Source: Bacteroidales bacterium
GTDB taxonomy: Bacteria; Bacteroidota; Bacteroidia; Bacteroidales; JAAYJT01
Length of the DNA stretch: 64,000 nucleotides
Assembly: GCA_014860575.1 (NCBI GenBank)
Contig: JACZJK010000025.1
Coordinates: 1,692 to 65,691, forward strand
Direction of reading: 5' to 3'
Shown here: in pieces, positions 59,195 through 64,000 of the stretch
Layout: each line of letters starts with the position of its first letter
Position numbering within the stretch: position 1 is the stretch's first letter
Notes under the pieces: model-generated
Database searches by the model: none
Seen by the model: the letters and a program-made list of their open reading frames with translations, nothing else
What the model was told of the DNA's origin: nothing
Position numbers and translations under genes: made by a program

Positions 59195-61279
59195 TTAAAC
59201 CGGCACGCTAAACACCACCCTTGTTCCCTTTGCTTCGCCCTCTTCATCTTTCAAATCAATGATCTCCATTGTGATCTTGCTTTTCTGTTTGCGGTTGAGG
59301 GTTTTGATGCGTTCCTGTGTGATAGCAGTGGCCAGGCTTTTGTGATTTTTGTCATACTGCAACCTAAGTTCATGTGCTTTTTTACGCCCGATGCCATCGT
59401 CTTCAACAATTAATTCCATACTGCCGTTTTTGTGTTCGAACCGAACGCTGATATGACCTTTGCCTTCCTTGTGTTTGATGCCGTGCTCGATGGCATTTTC
59501 GATAAAAGGCTGGGCAAGCATGGGTGGAATAAAAGTGTTTTCCACATCCAAATGCTCATCCACAAACAGACTGAAGTCGAATTTTTTCGGAAAGCGCACT
59601 TTCTGCAGTTCCATGTAATTCTCAATTGTGCCAATTTCATGTTCCAATGTGATTTGCTCTTCCATCGAATTATTCAGGATACTGCGAACCAGTTCAGAGA
59701 ATCTCGCCAGGTAAATGCTGGCACTGGTGTCGTCATGCTTTACGATAAAATTCTGCACGCTGGCCAGAGAGTTGAAGATAAAATGGGGGTTCATCTGGGA
59801 GCGGAGGAGGCGCTGTTCCAACAGGATTTTGTCCTGCTTCTCCCTGATGCGTCGCTGACGGAAAAGGAAAAAAACCAGCATCAGGGCGAACAAAAGCGCC
59901 AGGATCACACTCAGGAAAATCAGGCTGTTGTTGCGCAGTTTAGATTCTTTCAGCGCATTGTCTGTTGCCAGCAGGCTAAGCTGTTCTTCCATTTTTTCGG
60001 TCTCCAGCCTGATTTGCAATTTGCGCTCTTCCACTTTTTGTGTCAGATTGGTCACCGAATCATTGTATGCAGATTTCAGCTCGCTATGCTCCAAAGCTTT
60101 GGCGTAATTTCCAGTTGTCTTAAACAATGTTGTGTAATGCGTGTGTAAACCCTTCATCAATGTGTAAAAACGCCGCATGATCACTTCATCTTTGATGGTA
60201 ACCAAGTATTGATAACCAGTCCAAATGTCTTGTTTTTCACTGTCATCTTCAACACTCCTCAACTGGTTTGCAAGTTCTAAGAAATTGGATTGCGCAATGT
60301 TGTACCAATAAAGCGCAGTATCATATTGTTTAAGACTGAAATTGACAGCTCCCAGATCCATGGCTTCCCAGGCAGTGTAGTACAATGATCCGGATTGTTT
60401 TGTTTCATAATAGGAAACCCTTATAAGCTCCAGCGCCTCAGTATATCTACCCGTTTTATACTTCAGATCACCGATAAAGCCTTCATAGCCAACGTGATGG
60501 TCAAAGTCCTTGTTTTTATTGATAGGGAAGTTACTTCGAACCTCGTAGGCATATTTCAATGCCGAATCATATTCAGCGGCATCACAGTAGGTCTCAGCCA
60601 ATGTTTTGAGAGCATTATCGTTCAATAGGTAAGGGAAATTGTATTGCCGGCTTAATTCGATGTACTTCTGAAAATAGCTGACCCCGCGATCAAACTCCCT
60701 TACTTCGCGGGCAACGCCTCCTGCATAGGTATAGATTAAGGCTTCTTCGATTGGCGAAACGATACTCCTCAGCTCAGTTTGCGGATTGTTGAGTAATGCC
60801 ATGATTAAATCAACGTATTTGAGGCTCGAAAAATAATCTTCTATATCATAGTTTAGTTTGCCGATGTCAGTATAAAGTTCCAGCATTCGTCTCCGGTCGT
60901 TTCTCATCTCGGCAATTTCGAGCGCTTTGTGCAGGTGAATCAAAGCCTGACGGTAATTACCCTGCAGTGCATAAGCATTGCCGAAGTTTCGCAGGGCATA
61001 CCTTTTTTCATCTTCGTCTTTAAACTTTTCAGCAAGTTGAAGCGCCCGCTCAGCATAAAACAGCGCTGAATCGGGAGAGGACAGGGAGTGATAAAAAGCA
61101 AGCTGGTTCCAGGCCTTCATCCTTTGATGATCATTTGCATTGATCAGTTTGGGATATATCGTATCGGAAGAATGGCCCAGCATTTTAACTGATAACTGGG
61201 CATGCAACTGACAGAAGCCAAAAATAAGAGCGGCCAGCAAGCCCAAACCAAAAGAGATTGTTTTTGTATTATGCATCAT
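59195..61279 (-). CDS. Sensor histidine kinase, LytS/His_kinase type, with a TPR sensor domain (paralog 2)
   Basis: 694 aa, colinear with the gene at 56970-59054 at a constant 2225-nt offset. Same domain order and same length. Confidence 0.88.
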   Translation of the reverse strand: MMHNTKTISFGLGLLAALIFGFCQLHAQLSVKMLGHSSDTIYPKLINANDHQRMKAWNQLAFYHSLSSPDSALFYAERALQLAEKFKDEDEKRYALRNFGNAYALQGNYRQALIHLHKALEIAEMRNDRRRMLELYTDIGKLNYDIEDYFSSLKYVDLIMALLNNPQTELRSIVSPIEEALIYTYAGGVAREVREFDRGVSYFQKYIELSRQYNFPYLLNDNALKTLAETYCDAAEYDSALKYAYEVRSNFPINKNKDFDHHVGYEGFIGDLKYKTGRYTEALELIRVSYYETKQSGSLYYTAWEAMDLGAVNFSLKQYDTALYWYNIAQSNFLELANQLRSVEDDSEKQDIWTGYQYLVTIKDEVIMRRFYTLMKGLHTHYTTLFKTTGNYAKALEHSELKSAYNDSVTNLTQKVEERKLQIRLETEKMEEQLSLLATDNALKESKLRNNSLIFLSVILALLFALMLVFFLFRQRRIREKQDKILLEQRLLRSQMNPHFIFNSLASVQNFIVKHDDTSASIYLARFSELVRSILNNSMEEQITLEHEIGTIENYMELQKVRFPKKFDFSLFVDEHLDVENTFIPPMLAQPFIENAIEHGIKHKEGKGHISVRFEHKNGSMELIVEDDGIGRKKAHELRLQYDKNHKSLATAITQERIKTLNRKQKSKITMEIIDLKDEEGEAKGTRVVFSVPV

Positions 61280-61290
61280 CTGTAGTTTTT

Positions 61291-61388
61291 TTACTGAATA
61301 CTAATCCCGATAGCTATCGGAACTGATTATCAATTACAGTCTTCGAACTTACGTCTTCGGACTTCCGTCTTCCGACTTCCAGCTTCCG
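61291..61388. repeat. Degenerate tandem heptamer array plus a 14-bp palindrome
   Basis: TCTTCGG ACTTCCG TCTTCCG ACTTCCA GCTTCCG, preceded by the perfect palindrome CCGATAGCTATCGG (61307-61320). It fills the spacer between the LytTR gene stop and the paralog-2 start. Confidence 0.8.
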
Positions 61389-62144
61389 TCATCCCCCAGC
61401 CAGCTCTTCAAACAATTCCATCAGTCGTTCCCTGCCGCGCGATGAGGCGGGAATTTTATCGCCGTTGCTCATTACCACAAAGCCTCCGTCCTGTTTTTCG
61501 AAACGTTTGATATGTTTCAGGTTGATCAGGCTGGATCGGTGCACACGGAAAAAGCCTGAATCTGACAACAATTCATCATAATCCTTCAGCAATCTCGAAA
61601 CGGTGATCTTTTCCTCATCCACAGTGGTGAAAACGGTGTAATTACAATCCGACTCACAGTAAATGAGGTCCTTCACTTCAAGCAGGTATATCTTGTTGGA
61701 TGTTTTCAGCACCAGTTTGCGGTTTTTTCCTTCCCTGACTTTCATGTTTTCCTGCAAGGTATTCAACTGGAGGTTGAAAGCGCTCTGCACCTGCTGTCCG
61801 GCCCTCTTTACTGCTTCAGCCAGCTTTTCTGGATTCACAGGTTTAAGGAGATAATCTATTGCACTGAACCGAAAAGCCTCGATGGCGTATTTTTCCCAGG
61901 CTGTTACAAAGATGATTTTGAAGCCGATATACCCAAAGCGTTCCAGCAGTTCGAAGCCGGTGCCGTCGTCCATTTTGATGTCGAGCAACACCAGGTCGGG
62001 TACTTTTTCCCTGATCTCCTTTGCGCCTTCTTCCACGCTTCCGGCTTCCCCCACGATTTGCACAAGCGGGCAACATTTCGCCAGCAAATACCTTAGCGTT
62101 TCCCTAACATGGGGCTCGTCGTCAATGATGAGGGTGCGGAGCAT
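61389..62144 (-). CDS. LytR/AlgR (LytTR) family response regulator
   Basis: Trimmed to the ATG at 62144 (MLRTLIIDDE). Receiver domain (DLVLLDIKMDD) and a C-terminal LytTR DNA-binding domain (FFRVHRSSLINLKHI). Confidence 0.9.
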   Translation of the reverse strand: MLRTLIIDDEPHVRETLRYLLAKCCPLVQIVGEAGSVEEGAKEIREKVPDLVLLDIKMDDGTGFELLERFGYIGFKIIFVTAWEKYAIEAFRFSAIDYLLKPVNPEKLAEAVKRAGQQVQSAFNLQLNTLQENMKVREGKNRKLVLKTSNKIYLLEVKDLIYCESDCNYTVFTTVDEEKITVSRLLKDYDELLSDSGFFRVHRSSLINLKHIKRFEKQDGGFVVMSNGDKIPASSRGRERLMELFEELAGG

Positions 62145-62354
62145 CCTGTGATCGGATTTTTTGCTAAAAATAGACATTTTTGAAGGCGTTTGCAAATTTT
62201 AATTCCCTAATTTTTAACTTCGAAAAAAAACCTTCGGGACATATTTCGTATTCCCTTCTAAATCCGGCTTCCAACTTGCTTCATATCCTGATCCAGGTTG
62301 TATTTAAACTACCGGCTAAACTCTCGTTGTAATTCAAACTATTTTCAAAACTGA

Positions 62355-62378
62355 CTGGTAAGTATTTTTATTTACCAG
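62355..62378 (-). terminator. Possible terminator downstream of the FISUMP gene
   Basis: 7-bp stem CTGGTAA/TTACCAG with a 10-nt AT loop, followed on the minus strand by TCAGTTTTG. Confidence 0.3.
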
Positions 62379-62449
62379 TAATAAATTATTAAGCTCTTTC
62401 AAAAACAATTCGAAGCGGCTATGTCCCATACCTTTAAATAGTCGAATAA

Positions 62450-63805
62450 TCAATTAAAATAGCAGTTCATTACGCAACGAACAGAAAATCCACCACCCTT
62501 AACGCCTTCGTCCCTTGCTAATCTGCCGCAATTGCAATCCATGCCCCGACTCCATGCGTTCGAAAGTGAACTCTCGGTAGCACTCCACCAGCTACCAATG
62601 CTGCCAATGTAGCCGAAAGGACCCCAGTCGCCACGGCCACCGCCGGGAAGCCCTGAGAAACCAAAGGCATCAAAACAATGATGGGTGGGATGAAAATCCC
62701 AGCGTGGATGATTGCTGGTTTTACAATCGCCACCCATTGGTGAGTCTACCTGCCGGCAAGATTTGAGTGAATTGCCAGCGCCGCCGGGATCATCCAATTG
62801 ATTTGGATAACCCTGGGAAACAATGTAATCAATCAATTGTGACCATTCTGCATCACTGGGGACATGCCAGCCGTATGGGCACAGGCCGTTGGTGTTGTTT
62901 ACCGCATGCCAGTTATACAGTGCTCCATAGCTGTCTTTCAAACTGATATCGTTGTCGTACCAGGCATAAGCGCCGGTGGTGTTGTTTTCCCAGGCGCTGT
63001 TGTTGTTACCGGGATACTCAATGGGAGTTCCGTTGCTGTATTGGGTGGTTTTCAGGTTTTCGTCCATCCAAATCTGATCCCCAATTGTAACTATATGATA
63101 ATGGGTTCCATCGCCATCAACACATTCAATAAAATCAAAGTCAATGTTATGGCTTTTGGTGGGAACCAGGGATTTTGTGTGGGCGTAATCGCCTGAAATG
63201 GCTTTGATTACCAACCTTTCTCCATCGTTATACTGCATGGCCACTATCCCGCTGATGCCCTTGAAATCAGGCGTTTGTTGGTGACTATGTGTTAAGCCCT
63301 CATATTTTAACTCAGGAGCTAATGATTGAATTGAAGTCGAAATTAATCGCTGGCTGTAAGTTTGCGCTGGAGTTTTAACTTTTACCAGGTAAATTGTGGT
63401 CTTCAAACCATTGATTGTGAATGCATGACTCCCTGTGGACAAATCAAAGGACTTATTTATCAGCAACCTGCCGGTGAAATCATAAATTTCAATACTTGTC
63501 AAACCTGAGAGAGAATTGTAAAACTCCAAACGGCTGGATAGACTTGCCGGATTGGGATAAATAATCATATCATGGTTCAGAGCGGTAAAATATCCGGTTC
63601 CAACAACATCTGTCAGCAGCAGCGTATCTGTACCGCTGAGGGTTAGCGTGGTTTGCTGAGTAATGTTTTTCACATCCACTGTTTCAACCGTGGTACTTTG
63701 ACCTGAACCGGAGAAAGTGATGAGGTAGTTTTGGGAATAGAGGCCTGGTGACATCAGCAATAATATGATGACCAGGGGTGCTGGTTTATTAAGAATGTTT
63801 TTCAT
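62450..63805 (-). CDS. Secreted protein with an internal T9SS-CTD-like beta-sandwich and a C-terminal FISUMP (Fibrobacter succinogenes major paralogous) domain
   Basis: 451 aa with a signal peptide ending LYS/Q. Residues ~80-156 (IIYPNPASLSSRLEFY...IEIYDFTGRLL...IYLVKVKT...QRLI) look like a Por-secretion CTD. Residues ~235-445 carry FISUMP hallmarks (IGDQIWMDENL, GALYNW, CPYGWHVPSDAEW, GFSGLPGG, FSVRCV). Confidence 0.8.
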   Translation of the reverse strand: MKNILNKPAPLVIILLLMSPGLYSQNYLITFSGSGQSTTVETVDVKNITQQTTLTLSGTDTLLLTDVVGTGYFTALNHDMIIYPNPASLSSRLEFYNSLSGLTSIEIYDFTGRLLINKSFDLSTGSHAFTINGLKTTIYLVKVKTPAQTYSQRLISTSIQSLAPELKYEGLTHSHQQTPDFKGISGIVAMQYNDGERLVIKAISGDYAHTKSLVPTKSHNIDFDFIECVDGDGTHYHIVTIGDQIWMDENLKTTQYSNGTPIEYPGNNNSAWENNTTGAYAWYDNDISLKDSYGALYNWHAVNNTNGLCPYGWHVPSDAEWSQLIDYIVSQGYPNQLDDPGGAGNSLKSCRQVDSPMGGDCKTSNHPRWDFHPTHHCFDAFGFSGLPGGGRGDWGPFGYIGSIGSWWSATESSLSNAWSRGMDCNCGRLARDEGVKGGGFSVRCVMNCYFN

Positions 63806-63824
63806 TATGACTTTGGTATTAAGA

Positions 63825-64000
63825 TTAATAAACCTTCATGATTTTCTGTGTTGTTATCCTTTCACCGGCCTGCAAGCGGAGAAAGTACAATCCAGGGTGC
63901 AAGTGATCGGTGTTGAGGTAGATTTGGTGATGTCCACTTGTGAAATATTCATCCTTGAAAACAGTGAGCTTGCGGCCGGTTAAATCGAGCATTTCAAGTA
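63825..64000 (-). CDS. 3' end of a T9SS cargo gene (type-A C-terminal sorting domain); the 5' part lies outside the window
   Basis: The minus-strand frame is open to the window edge and ends ...LEMLDLTGRKLTVFKDEYFTSGHHQIYLNTDHLHPGLYFLRLQAGERITTQKIMKVY*, a typical Por-secretion CTD. Not in the supplied ORF track because there is no start in the window. Confidence 0.65.
   Translation of the reverse strand, partial: LEMLDLTGRKLTVFKDEYFTSGHHQIYLNTDHLHPGLYFLRLQAGERITTQKIMKVY

Overview
This is a dense, mostly housekeeping chromosomal segment, and I infer it comes from a Bacteroidota genome. The grounds are several T9SS C-terminal sorting domains, TAnnTTTG -7 promoter boxes 20-95 nt upstream of start codons, and Gln directly after almost every Sec signal peptide. 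I call about 52 CDS. They include an M16 peptidase pair, guaB, a PPIase/SurA chaperone cluster with a MoxR ATPase, prfC, a T9SS-secreted M1 aminopeptidase and adenine deaminase. A four-gene mevalonate-pathway operon holds HMG-CoA reductase, a GYDIA-family GHMP kinase, diphosphomevalonate decarboxylase and a second GHMP kinase. Also present are groES/groEL, secG, an lptE-like gene, a receiver-less sigma-54 activator, gap, an OmpA/TPR outer-membrane protein, a MacB-type ABC pair and an NtrC-type two-component system. The right end carries a type-II glutaminyl cyclase, PIN-PhoH, a lipocalin, two tandem paralogous TPR-sensor histidine kinases with one LytTR regulator, and FISUMP/T9SS proteins. I found no rRNA, tRNA, CRISPR array, transposase, integrase or recognisable defence system, and I cannot claim a clear novel multi-gene system from sequence alone. 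The most unusual signal is non-coding: at least seven intergenic spacers are filled with degenerate tandem heptamer/octamer arrays that share exact 11-15 nt words between loci. Other points worth checking are the internal T9SS-CTD-like domain in the FISUMP protein and the patchy divergence of the tandem kinase paralogs. The unassigned kinases of the mevalonate operon, an orphan leaderless endolysin-like amidase, a perfect 16-bp inverted repeat next to a start codon, and an uncharacterised two-gene unit at 40.7-43.8 kb also merit a look. All functional calls rest on motifs read by eye in the supplied translations. No database search was run.
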